DNA of 49,840 nucleotides. It comes from Tubiluchus corallicola. Lineage: Eukaryota > Animalia > Priapulida. A model generated the notes under the pieces. It did no database searches, was not told where the DNA came from, and was given only the letters and a program-made list of their open reading frames with translations. Below, piece by piece: positions 13,538 through 24,812 of this stretch. Within the stretch, counting starts at the first letter, position 1; each line of letters opens with the position of its first letter. The DNA is taken from positions 1 to 49,840 of the forward strand of contig JAQGDQ010001279.1 in NCBI GenBank assembly GCA_030141605.1, in the 5' to 3' direction. The translations under genes and the position numbers were made by a program.

Positions 13538-15912
13538 GAAGCTATCCACTTGGAGAACATTTCATTTTACGTGTGAATGCAAGGAATAGAAGTGGCTCAG
13601 AAGAACAGGTTACACTTTTAGAAACGGTATCTATCGTGGTGGGACTTAGACCTCCTCAGTTTGCACAGGTGGAGTATATTACTGATGTCTATGAGAATAC
13701 ATCATATGGTGTTGTAGTGGAAACCATAATGGCAAAGTCTTTCACTAAAAATAAAATTGTATATTTTATGAACAGTGATGGCAGTTTTGAAATACCAGAT
13801 GCCAACAGTGGAAATGTAGTTCTGCAGATGTCAGATCTCAATTATTCAGATCCTGATCAAAAGAAAACTTTTCGATATAAGGTTGCAGCTATTGAGCAAG
13901 TTCCTGGAAGTGAACAATCTGAAACTGAGTTAATTCTGCAAGTAACAGATGTAAATAACCATGATCCACATTTCGTAATGAATCCATTTGTTCAGTTTGA
14001 TGTAGATGAAAAAACTGAAGTTAATGTTACACCTATAGCAACAGTCCTAGCTACAGATCTAGATGATGGTTTAAATGCAAATATTTTGTATAAAAGCAAT
14101 GACAACCGTTTTACGATAGATGAAAATGGTGTGGTTAGAAATCTGGTACGACTGGATTATTCCCAGTCACCATATAGAATTTCGGTAGTTGCACAGGATA
14201 AGAAAGGACAAGTACCTTACCGAGAAGACGTCAGTACACTGATACTATATATCAAAAACAAGAATACCCATGCACCAGAATTCACAAAGTCTCCTTATAA
14301 TGCAACAGTTGCTGAAAATGCAAGACCTGGAACATTAGTGACTGCAGTAAATGCGATTGACCATGACAATGATGGAATCACTTACAGCATTGTTACTAAT
14401 CCTGGTGAGATTTTTCAAATTGACTCAAAGACTGGTGTCATTACAACTGTTCGGTCAATTGATTCAGATTTCTATGAGATTGAAGTGTTAGCACAGGATG
14501 ATTCAGCTTGCTGTGATTATGAACCTCCTTTTCATACTTTTCTGGCTTTGGTATATGTGGTTGTTTACACTGTGGAAACTATTGAACCGTATTTTCCCGA
14601 GTGTGATTACTACAGTGAAACTGCTATTTATGAGGGTGATGCAACACCAGTTAATACGCCTATACTTACAATTACTGCAAGAGACAAGGAAACGGATAAA
14701 GTTTCTGATGTGATATACAGAGTGGAAAACCCTGCATTATTGTTTCATGGCGACAAAGATACAGGAGAGATAAAAAATATTCAATCATTCGACCGGCTTC
14801 AACAGGACGAGATCTATGTTACCGTTACAGCAACGGCTAAGGTACCAGATGGCAGTAAAGCTTTGCCACTAGTTGCAACTTGCACATTTAAAGTTACCAT
14901 TTTAGACATCAACAACCACAATCCCACATTTCAGTTAACTGACTATCGGAAAGCTCTGCCTAGTGATATCTCAATATATTCAGTTTGCATAAATATCTTA
15001 GCAGTTGATTATGACGAAGGGGAAAACGGTACTGTTGACTACACACTTGATGGTGGGGATGACCCATATTTTACAATAAAGACCGTGGAAATTGCAGGTC
15101 TTAGGTATGGAGAGATAAGAGTGAAGTCAACACCAAGTCCACCACCAGAGACTGTTCAGGAATATTCAGTTAAAGTAAATGCAGCAGACAATGGTGCATT
15201 TCCAAGGGAAAGTACCGTTGTTGTATATTTTCAGTTTTACAATCCATCATATGCATCACCTCCAATTTGGAATAACATACCAAGTTCACCAATAAATGTC
15301 AAAGAAAATGGCCGTAACATTAATATTGTTTCTTTAACAGTCGATCCAGGAAACGATGGGGCTGGCAGCAAAGATCCTGTTATGATAAGCTTTGACTTTA
15401 ACATACAGGGCAACACACCAAACACTAATGCAAATGGGGAATTTTCTTATACAGCAGGAAACACACAAATACAAAATTCCATGAACATAACACTTCAGGG
15501 ATGCCTTGATTACAATGTTGCAAATGAATACATGTTACCAGTGAGAGTCCAACAAAGAAGTGCAAATGGTGCTCAACTGTATACAGACGAAAGTGTGCTA
15601 GTTGTTGTAACGGACATGAACATGAACAAGCCTCAATTTACAGCTTCTTGGTATACTACTAGCGTAAAAGATAATGACGCAATTGGCACACATTTCTTTC
15701 AAGTTACTGCAACTGATAAAGATGGCATGTATCCAAATAATAAAGTTACTTACAGCATTGATCTTGTTAATGATTACACTGTGTTTGGCATTGACAAGGA
15801 TAATGGTTTACTCTTCATCAAGGAAACAATTGACCGCAACAAAGAAAAATACTATATAACTGTGAGAGCAGAAGATGGCGCAATTTCAGGTATAGACAGT
15901 ATAGGCACCTAA
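13538..15912 (+). CDS. Cadherin copy A, exon 2, part before the frameshift (EC repeats, DN-cadherin/type III-like)
   Basis: Acceptor aaatttcAG|GA at 13537/13538. Cadherin motifs VGLRPPQF, DVNNHDPHF, ATDLDDG, DINNHNPTF, VTATDKD. Ends at TAA 15910-15912 within an EC repeat. Confidence 0.9.
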
Positions 15913-18900
15913 TTCAGCAACTGCTACCATAAACATTGTAGTTATGGATACCAGAGTTAACATACCAAAGTTTCAGCGATCTACATACAGCACTAATGTG
16001 TCAGAATCTCTGTCTCTTGGATCAAATGTGTTCACACTTTCTGCTGAAGACAATTCCTATTTTACAATTCTACACTATTACATAATCGATGGTAATGAAT
16101 TAGGTTCATTTGGAATAGGACAAACGACAGGAGAAGTATATGTTCAAAAGCAGCTTGACTACCAGATAAAAAATTTTTATAACCTAACTGCTGCAATAAC
16201 AGATGGTAGTCAAAGCAGCACGTGTCAACTGCAGATAACTCTTAGGATTGAAAATTTGCGACCGCCATCATTCAGTGAAAATGAATATAACATATCTACA
16301 CCTGAAAGAAATACAAATGCTCCTATTAACATTTTCAAAGCTCATGGTAATTTTGCTGATCCTGATTCACCAGATGATGCATTTCAGTTTGAACTGAGTG
16401 GGCAAGGTTCACTTCCTGCTGATGATCCTGCCTTTTCCATAGACAAGCAAACTGGTGACATTACAATGAACAAACCACTGATAAGGGACCCTCCTTATGG
16501 TCAAGAAGTGTACAATCTGTTGGTGTCTGTGATGGACAGTGTAGGCAACACTGGCTACACCAAAGTTATAGTTACTCTAGAAGATCAAAATAATTATCCT
16601 CCATATTGGCTTGATGTGGACTTGGATGGATTGATACATGGCTACATACTAGAAAGAGAATTTCCACAGACAGCAGTAATGCTGGCAACTGCAACAGATT
16701 ACGATAAAAAAGGAACTCCTGGAGGAACAATTGTCTATGAAATGGAGCACAGTGATGACTTTTCCATTGATGCAGACATGGGAGAAGTAAAATCTGAAAG
16801 AGAATTTGATCGAGAACAGGAAGATACATACTATATCAAAATAAATGTGAAAGACCAAGGTACTCCACCTCTTATTGGTGAGCAACAAGAAGTTGTAATT
16901 CATATTGTTGACAAAAATGATAATTCACCCAAGTTTAATGAATCTTCATATGATGTTACTGTAGATGAAGGATTGCCAGAATATTCTTTTCTTCTTCGAA
17001 TAGATGCATATGATGAAGATGTAGGAGATAATGCAAAGCTTGAATTTTCAATAGTAAATAATGACATAGTGGAAATGTTCCATCTTGTATCTGATCCTAA
17101 AACAGGGACAGGAATACTTCAGGCAAAAGAAGTATTAGATTATGAAAATCCTCAACACCGAGTGATTGAGTTTGATGTCAGTGTCACCGATGGTCATCCA
17201 AGTCATGTGGACAGTATTAAAGTTGTTCTTAGATTAAATAACTTGCCAGATACACCGCCAAAATTCGAAGATGATAATAAAAGTGTCAATTTGCGTGAAA
17301 AAGATGCATTAACAGATACAATTGTAACTCAATTTATAGCACACTCGCAAGAATCAGATTTTCAAGAATTTACTTATGCTGTGGATTACTCATGGGACTC
17401 AGATCCTTATCAGCGGTTCAGAATTGATAACAGTGGCTTCGTAATTCTTAATGAAGATTTAAAACGACATGATCAGAAACGGTACAATGTTAGAATCTTT
17501 GCGATTGTGACGTTTGATCCTGCAGTTAGAAGTGAAGCCATGTTAACTTTGGAGTTGGTTGAGCCATATCCTCGCTTTGCTGAAAATTATGAAATTGGGG
17601 TTGTTGATCAAACACCTGCTGGGTCACAGCTTTTGCCAGTAGCTTGCGCTATGGATACACCAGAAGTGTCACCTCCATTTTCATTCACGAAAACTTTATA
17701 TTTTCTCTGTGAAGATGACTTTGAAATTAATGAAGTAGTAAGTGATTGTCCAGGAAATACTGGTGTGCAACTTTTTACAAAAAGAACTATGGGTAGGCAG
17801 CATGATAAGTCGTTTAAAGTACCCATAGAGATATGTGACAGAGATCAAATTTGTGATGTGGACCTTGTAACAGTTACAGTTAATGATGACAATGATAACT
17901 TACATAAACCTGGGACTAAATCGATCAATGTGTTTAATTATAAAAACAGTATTCCAGACAATACTGAAATAGGAACTGTGTATGCAGAAGATGTCGATGA
18001 TTGGGATGTTGGTGACAAGACATTCACAATCCAAGATCCTCAGCCAGAACACTTCTTAGTTGATGAAAATTCTGGGGCAGTGTTAATCAAAGAAAGAACT
18101 CCTGCTGGGCATTATTCATTCAAAGTTGTTGTGTATGATGCAAAGCATGATGCGGAAGTTGTGTCAACTGTAAATGTTGATGTGCAGAATATCTGGGATG
18201 ATGCTGTTTTTAACTCTGGGTCAGTTCGAATTCGTGACATGACAGCAGAACAGTTCATAGATACTGGCACCGAAAGCCAAAAAGTAGAAAGCAAACTTGA
18301 AAGCTTTAAGAAACAAATAGCTGTAGCTGCAAATGTGAATGTTGAAAAAGTATTAATCTTCAGTGTTATGGATCATGAAGGTAGAGATCCACCAGAAATT
18401 GATGTTCGCTATGCAGCGAGTGGTTCACCATATTATCCAGCTGAAAAATTAGATGGAGCTGTTGCAAATAACTTGGCAGAAATTGAAAGTGCAACCGATA
18501 TGAATATTGTACTAGTGCCTGTTAATGAGTGCATCGAAGAAATTTGCCAAGGTGCATCAGGATGTCGCACTGTTCTTACTACATCTCATAATCCAACTTA
18601 CATTAATACTAACACAACATCACTTCTGGCAGTAACTACAATTACAGACTCAGACTGTGTTTGTGACATGAAAGATGACTCTGTTCTTGAGAACTGCAAT
18701 TCTCCTCATGCAGCTTGTTTAAATGGCGGGACATGCACAAATACAGCATCGGGTGTAAAGTGCGAGTGTCTAGAAGGATTTCTTGGCCCTCGTTGTCAGT
18801 TGACTACTCGTAGTTTCACAAGTGCTGGCTGGGCTTGGTTTGAACCACTTCAGCAATGTGAAGAAAGTCGGCTTACATTTGAATTCATTACTCAGTCTCC

Positions 18901-20353
18901 AAATGGACTATTGCTTTACAATGGCCCTATTCGCGAACCTTATCCCACCGAGCCAAAAGACTACATTGGACTGGAACTTGTCAGTGGTCAGCCAAGACTT
19001 CTTACTAACCATGGCTCGGGTACTCTTGAGTTAACTGTGAAATCACAGAATCTTGCTGATGGAACTTGGCATCAGATAGATATTATAGCTGCTGGAAAAG
19101 AAATTACCTTAGTTGTAGATAGATGTAAAAATCTTGACATGCAAACTGAAAGTGGAAATCTTGATGAATCAAGTTGCAATGCATCAGGTTACACTCCTGG
19201 GGACAATTCGTTTTTAAATGTAGTTACTCCTCTGCAGTTAGGTGGAATGTCTAATGCTGAAATAAATTATTTGGAATTAAGCTTTAGAGATGGATTTGAT
19301 GGGTGCATCAAGAATGTTAACCAAGATGGCCGCCTGTATGACTTGGGAAACCCCGGTCTTTCAGAAGGAAGTTCTGCAGGGTGCTCACAAACAGATGCTT
19401 CTTGTGAGGCTAATAGCATACCATTGCTGTGCATCAATGGAGAATGTAATGGGCACATGGATGGATCGGTAGGGAAATGTGAATGCTTTCCTGGATGGCA
19501 CGGAGATAGATGTGATGAAATAATAGCAGAACACTACTGGTCTGATGAAAGCTACCTTCATTATCAGTTTACTGATCAAATCGACCTCAGGCCTGACTGG
19601 ACTGAGTTGCTCGTATCTTTTCGCACAGTTATGCTAGAGGGAGTTATCTTTATTGCCAAAGGAACAGACATTTACCTTAACGAGTATGTGTTGTTAAGAA
19701 TTCGTAACAAAATGGTAGAGTTTGGATGTGATCTTGGAAGTGGACCTAGGTGGGTGGGGCTACCGTCGATTGTACTAAATGATGGAGAGTGGCACACTGC
19801 ACATGTGGAGCGATTTGGAAGTGACATCTTCCTGAAAATTGATGGTGGTGGTCGGGGTAAGCAAACAGAACTTATAGGGCAACCAAATGACTTTCGCCTG
19901 ATTGATATAGATAAGGATGATGTGATAGCTGGTGCAGAGATTGATCAATACCAAAGAGTTGTCAGTGGTTTTATTGGCTGCATTAATGACATAAGGTATT
20001 CACAAGTGCATCTGCCACTCAGCGGAAATAATGAGTATGCATTTAGTACCAGTTATAATGTTGAAGATGATTGTGTTGATGATACAGATTGGTGTTTTAC
20101 TGTCGAATGCAATGCACCTTTCATTTGTGTAAGTCTGTGGTATCATGCAGAATGCCGGTGTCCAAACGGATATGAAGCAAATGAAGCAAATGATGATTGT
20201 CTCGATATTAATGAGTGCTTAGGATTAATTAATCCTTGCCTTAATAATGGCATCTGTGAAAACAGTGAGGGTAACTTCACGTGCCGCTGTGTGAATGGTT
20301 ATTCTGGTATTTATTGTGACATTGGAACCGAGATAACAGTTACAACCCTCTAG
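15908..20353 (+). CDS. Cadherin copy A, exon 2, part after the frameshift (EC repeats, NC domain, EGF, LamG, EGF, LamG, EGF; no TM); possibly pseudogenised
   Basis: The second frame reads PNSATATINIVVMDTRVNIPKF from 15908 and completes the broken repeat. NC motif DAVFNSGSVRI, EGF CLNGGTC..GPRC, LamG LADGTWHQI, FDGCIKN, LNDGEWH. Ends EITVTTL-stop. Confidence 0.9.
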   Translation, partial: PNSATATINIVVMDTRVNIPKFQRSTYSTNVSESLSLGSNVFTLSAEDNSYFTILHYYIIDGNELGSFGIGQTTGEVYVQKQLDYQIKNFYNLTAAITDGSQSSTCQLQITLRIENLRPPSFSENEYNISTPERNTNAPINIFKAHGNFADPDSPDDAFQFELSGQGSLPADDPAFSIDKQTGDITMNKPLIRDPPYGQEVYNLLVSVMDSVGNTGYTKVIVTLEDQNNYPPYWLDVDLDGLIHGYILEREFPQTAVMLATATDYDKKGTPGGTIVYEMEHSDDFSIDADMGEVKSEREFDREQEDTYYIKINVKDQGTPPLIGEQQEVVIHIVDKNDNSPKFNESSYDVTVDEGLPEYSFLLRIDAYDEDVGDNAKLEFSIVNNDIVEMFHLVSDPKTGTGILQAKEVLDYENPQHRVIEFDVSVTDGHPSHVDSIKVVLRLNNLPDTPPKFEDDNKSVNLREKDALTDTIVTQFIAHSQESDFQEFTYAVDYSWDSDPYQRFRIDNSGFVILNEDLKRHDQKRYNVRIFAIVTFDPAVRSEAMLTLELVEPYPRFAENYEIGVVDQTPAGSQLLPVACAMDTPEVSPPFSFTKTLYFLCEDDFEINEVVSDCPGNTGVQLFTKRTMGRQHDKSFKVPIEICDRDQICDVDLVTVTVNDDNDNLHKPGTKSINVFNYKNSIPDNTEIGTVYAEDVDDWDVGDKTFTIQDPQPEHFLVDENSGAVLIKERTPAGHYSFKVVVYDAKHDAEVVSTVNVDVQNIWDDAVFNSGSVRIRDMTAEQFIDTGTESQKVESKLESFKKQIAVAANVNVEKVLIFSVMDHEGRDPPEIDVRYAASGSPYYPAEKLDGAVANNLAEIESATDMNIVLVPVNECIEEICQGASGCRTVLTTSHNPTYINTNTTSLLAVTTITDSDCVCDMKDDSVLENCNSPHAACLNGGTCTNTASGVKCECLEGFLGPRCQLTTRSFTSAGWAWFEPLQQCEESRLTFEFITQSPNGLLLYNGPIREPYPTEPKDYIGLELVSGQPRLLTNHGSGTLELTVKSQNLADGTWHQIDIIAAGKEITLVVDRCKNLDMQTESGNLDESSCNASGYTPGDNSFLNVVTPLQLGGMSNAEINYLELSFRDGFDGCIKNVNQDGRLYDLGNPGLSEGSSAGCSQTDASCEANSIPLLCINGECNGHMDGSVGKCECFPGWHGDRCDEIIAEHYWSDESYLHYQFTDQIDLRPDWTELLVSFRTVMLEGVIFIAKGTDIYLNEYVLLRIRNKMVEFGCDLGSGPRWVGLPSIVLNDGEWHTAHVERFGSDIFLKIDGGGRGKQTELIGQPNDFRLIDIDKDDVIAGAEIDQYQRVVSGFIGCINDIRYSQVHLPLSGNNEYAFSTSYNVEDDCVDDTDWCFTVECNAPFICVSLWYHAECRCPNGYEANEANDDCLDINECLGLINPCLNNGICENSEGNFTCRCVNGYSGIYCDIGTEITVTTL

Positions 20354-20454
20354 TTGAACTGGCCAAGATTTTGGAGATTGTGTGAGTGATGGGCTTGCTG
20401 AAAGAAGAACACATTAAATTTAGTTGTGGAAAATATTTTAAAAACAAACGAATT

Positions 20455-20560
20455 AACTATGAATACTATCACTTCAGCAGTTGAACTGTCATTGATATCG
20501 GTGTTCTACTGGGTTCACCCTTTGGGCCATAATTGTTCACTATATTTATTATTTCTTAAT
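20455..20560 (+). mobile_element. Short degenerate LINE reverse-transcriptase remnant in the 3' flank of both cadherin copies
   Basis: ATCGGTGTTCTACTGGGTTCACCCTTTGGGCCA in A and ATCGGTGTTCCACAGGGTTCACCC in B (IGVPQGSP) resemble the GVPQGSxLGP RT motif. Confidence 0.45.
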
Positions 20561-21299
20561 GTAACACATATTCTTAAATTCACTCTCAAATGTGCATCCA
20601 CGATTCTGTGTATTGATTACTTTAAAATTGAATAGGTTTCTTTTTAATAAAAATGGGGATATTTGGCTGGAAGCTAATTATTTGTACCCAAATTTTGGCA
20701 AAAAACTTTTGTTTTGTTCAAAAATTCGACCTAGACCATTTTAATTATAAAATGTAACAATAGTCAGTTATTAAATATCTTGTGACACAGCTCGATTTTA
20801 TTCTTTCTTTTAAATTTTTGACAATAATTATAATATAATAATACTTGTATTTACCTAGTAAGTAGTAATAAAAATCAAGGGAATTTTTCCCGTTCTATTA
20901 CTGAGCTGCAAAATTTATCATATTGTTATTATGCTGCATTGATTTGCTTTCACTGTAATGTTAGATTATAGTAGACTTTGTACCTTGCATATAATAAAAA
21001 CATTTTCTGCTCATTTATTCATTTATTTATCACGTTTAATATCTCTTCACTCAAAAATCATACAAATCACGTCCCTGTTCTGAAGTTGATGGTAGTCTTA
21101 ATTTATAAAAATCGATCATTACAAGGCATAAATCATTGATCTCAGATGTGCAGCTAAAGTTTTTCCTGAAGGTGCACAGTGTCCTGAAACATTTTACTTC
21201 ACATTCATTGACCACGCATGAAAAATTGTTGGCGGTTACGTTTAGCCTGAATTTTGTGACTATAATACAATCTTTAATACAATCTAACGCGCAAGCACC

Positions 21300-22272
21300 A
21301 TTTCTTGGAAACAAAACATGACTGAGCTTTTATCAAGACAATCATCACTGAAGGCACAATCATTACGTAGCATTTGAAGTAAATTCATCCATGTCTGCAT
21401 ACCTTCTTTTCGGTTCAGTCCACACATCCATTCAATACCCTGGTTAGATGTGGTGCGTCCATATATAAAGCTGTTTTCTCAAGAACGATTGCGCTTATGG
21501 TTAGTTAGATCTCAAGGAAGTGTGCACATCACGCAACAAGCCATTTTCTGTACCACAGTTAGTCCGCATGGTGAGTTGAAATTTGTAATTCGAATCATCT
21601 AAAGCTTCTACAGCAATGGGTGTTGGATCTTTATTTGATGAACAGCATTTCAGCCAAACAAGAAATCCAGAAAAACCGTCAACACATCCGTGAATATACG
21701 GTGCCAGTTTATCACATCCGTTAATATGGAAAACAGCATATTGCCGTACTGCCTACACCGTAGCCACTTCCTTCTTCTAAGTGATACCCCAACAGGATCT
21801 AGGATTCGCAAGAGTAAACGAACAGTTCCTTGGGACACAACGAGCTCATGTTAGCCCATGTTGGATACACTACAGTTCAGATGCATCCACCTGTAGTCAG
21901 GCAAGCTTCCCGATTTACCAATTGCTCTTGAATAAATGGCATGATGTCAGTAACATCACTTTGCGCCCGTCTTCGCAACAATTCGTTTTTCTTTGTTCTT
22001 CTTATTAACGTTCTCACGTGTGCATGCGATGAACAGTCTGTTATTTCTTTGGTACTAAATCCGAGTCTAAAGTATAAAAACACGAGTTCGTTTCGGTCCT
22101 GCATGACTGAAAGCGTTGATGTGCATTTTAACATAAAAAATAGTTATAACCAGATTTTTTCGTTACCCGTCACATTATAAAAAAATCTGGTTATAACCAA
22201 GTTTTTTGTCATCCGATTATAAAAAATCTGATTTTTTAAAATCGGATATCATGGCCTTATCACACTTTCGTA
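21300..22272 (-). mobile_element. Decayed IS3EU-like DNA transposon (integrase-core DDE transposase pseudogene)
   Basis: Frameshifted pieces LYFRLGFSTKEI, TVRLLLRILDPVGV, HINGCDKLAPYIHGCVDGFSGFLVWL, CGTENG, SFIYGRTTSNQGIE. Terminus ATGGCCTTATCACACTTTCGTA ends 22272; subterminal inverted repeat at about 22142-22199. Confidence 0.7.
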
Positions 22273-22865
22273 ATCCTAGTGCAGCTCATTCATTGAAAGA
22301 CAGTTCTGCAGCTCTTGGCAATTACATCAAAATAAATAATAATAATAATAGTTTCTTTGCATTTGACACAGATAAATGATCTCTAAACTAAGTTCACTTA
22401 TCTATTGAAAGTTGTCTACGCACAGTGAAAGAAAACATACAGGAATACAATGAGAACAGAGCCGATAACAACATTTAATGCACTTAATTCAACTCAAATT
22501 TAGGTTGAGTTCTTGATTTATATGTAATTATTAGTTTTGTTTTTGATGAGTTTAAATTTTCCGTTTTGTTTGCTAATTTAAATTCTGCCTCTTCTCATAG
22601 ACAAACTTATTTTCTGTTTCTACATTTAAACTCATTTGAACTTGTTACCTCATTTATTTATTTATTTTTTATTTTGTTTAAGTTGCTGATTATTTTCATT
22701 TGTACATACCTTACTTGACAGGTCCTTAATTTTCTTCAGTTTGGATAGGGGTGGTTGACTTGGTGACCCTTGGTCTTTTCGCCACCCCGTCTCTTTTCCG
22801 TCTTTATTTTAGTTTTTACCTTTTGTTTATGTTTATTTTTAACATTCAGAGACAAATACATTTTC

Positions 22866-22990
<125 letters not shown>

Positions 22991-24329
22991 ATTTTATATG
23001 GCGTCAGCATTAAAATAAATACAATTTTTATTCTTTAGAAAAATGTTTATAAAATAAAACTATTCACTTGTTAATAAATTGTCTCGTTGACGATTTTAAA
23101 TTCTGCACACAGTAATTTGTTCATATAAATTCACTGACTTATAGTCACAGAAAGCCCGAAAGTCATGCAAAATGATTGGTAATGTTGAAATGTAAAGTAA
23201 CACAACCAAACTATGAGCTCTGAACTTGGAAAAGAAAATTTAGGAAAACCTTTATCCTAATGTGTTCGTAAAATCCTAAAATTTTTTGTCCTAATGTGCA
23301 AATAAGTTAACAGAAAAAAGACTGCTGTAAACCTTTCAATCAAAATTTTACTCATGATACTTAACATAACATAACGTTATTTAAAATTTGGTGGATATAA
23401 GTGTATTAAAATTCAATAGTTTTTAATCAAATTGTCCGGGAATTGCCATAGTGCTAATTAACTTTTCATCATAAACTGGGTGAAATTTACTGGCTTCATA
23501 TGTCAAAAGTGTTGCGTGAATTACAGAATATCGCTTTAATCTGTCCCGTTGCAATACAGCAGCTAATTAAAGTGTAATGGCGCACCACACCCTTGTGTTT
23601 CCTGCTGAGTTCCCAGACAATTTTTTCACGTTGTCTAACACCGTCGAATGGCGACTCTATTTCCTGCAAAAGGAAGAGAAGTTCTATTTCACTGTGATCA
23701 TATTTTACGGTATGTTTAGGTTGAGCAGGCAATTGGTGACAAATCGGAAGAAAGGGAGTGGTCACTAAAATCTGAATCAAAAAATTGCAAAGCGGGAGAG
23801 TGCTAATGTCTGGTATTTATTATAACTGACGCAGGTCTAGGCTACAGTTAGGTAGTGTAATTCAACTTCAATGATGCAGTCTATCGCTTGTACCAAAGCC
23901 GTACCTTGTTTAAAACCAACACTTAGATCCTGGCTTATTAAAGATATGTTAGTTTAGAAAGAATGTAAGAGTAATGCTTACCACACATGCACTTCTCGCA
24001 TACTGAAGTCCAACTACTGCATTAACACTACACTAAAGTCCTACGATCGGGATAACTATAGCAACTAAAGCAATAAAAATCCTGATGTGCTGAAAAATGG
24101 AATTAGGGCAATGAAATGTATAAACACTACAGTAATTTATAAAACAGGTAAACACCATGTCGCAGTATTTCACACTCTACAGCAGCTACAGAACTGTATC
24201 AACTACAGTACCCGTACATATTAAACAATGGTTCGAGTAAATCACGTGATGCACGTAAGAATTCACATGCAGCTGGGCAGGGAAATTATTATCAGCTTAC
24301 TCAAAACTCACAAAAGTTTTTGAAAGTTT

Positions 24330-24812
24330 TTGAAAATAGGAAGATTTCTTTGGAAACAAAAGTTAGAATATTCTCAGCCTTAGTTGAAACTCTATTTTTG
24401 TATAACTCTGAGCTGTGGACATAAAAGCAAATCATAAAGCTGAAATCGATGCGTTTCAAAGGCGAAATTTGAGAAACATTTTATGTATTAGATGGCCAAA
24501 GAAAATTTCAAACAAGGATCTGTATGAAAAAATGAAAGAACCTTGGACAAGGAAAATAAAAAGACGCCGTTTAAGATGGATTGGACATATGCTTAGACTA
24601 CCTGATGATATTCCGTGAAGATAGCTCTTCAACAAGCCATAGAACCAGCTAAAAAACCTGCAGGAGGACAAATGTTGACATATTTAGATTTTGCACAGAA
24701 AGATTTAAACACTTCAGCATTGATCCTTAGAAATAAATCCACTTGGGGCATTGCAGCGAGTAGGGAGTCCTGGCATGGGGAGGTGAGCAGAATCATGTCC
24801 CTGGACGTGTGA
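24330..24812 (+). mobile_element. RTE-clade LINE ORF C-terminal fragment, disrupted
   Basis: KISLETKVRIFSALVETLFLYNSELW / IDAFQRRNLRNILCIRWPKKISNKDLY..IKRRRLRWIGHMLR / IAASRESW, with a frameshift near 24420 and an in-frame TGA at 24616. Confidence 0.85.

Larger units (their letters stand above)
10155..20830 (+). repeat. Left arm of inverted segmental duplication (cadherin copy A unit)
   Basis: Upstream region, exon 1, intron, exon 2 and 3' flank all match the reverse complement of about 36610-46460. Confidence 0.95.

Noticed and set aside
13573-13575. Start codon of the ORF-track 779-aa protein (and of the 1877-aa protein at 42534)
   Set aside because: It is an internal GTG (Val). The exon begins 35 nt upstream at the splice acceptor.
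15910-15943. A tiny intron explaining the frame break in copy A
   Set aside because: The intervening bases encode the expected end of the EC repeat (PNSATATINIVV), so removing them would break the domain. A small indel fits better.
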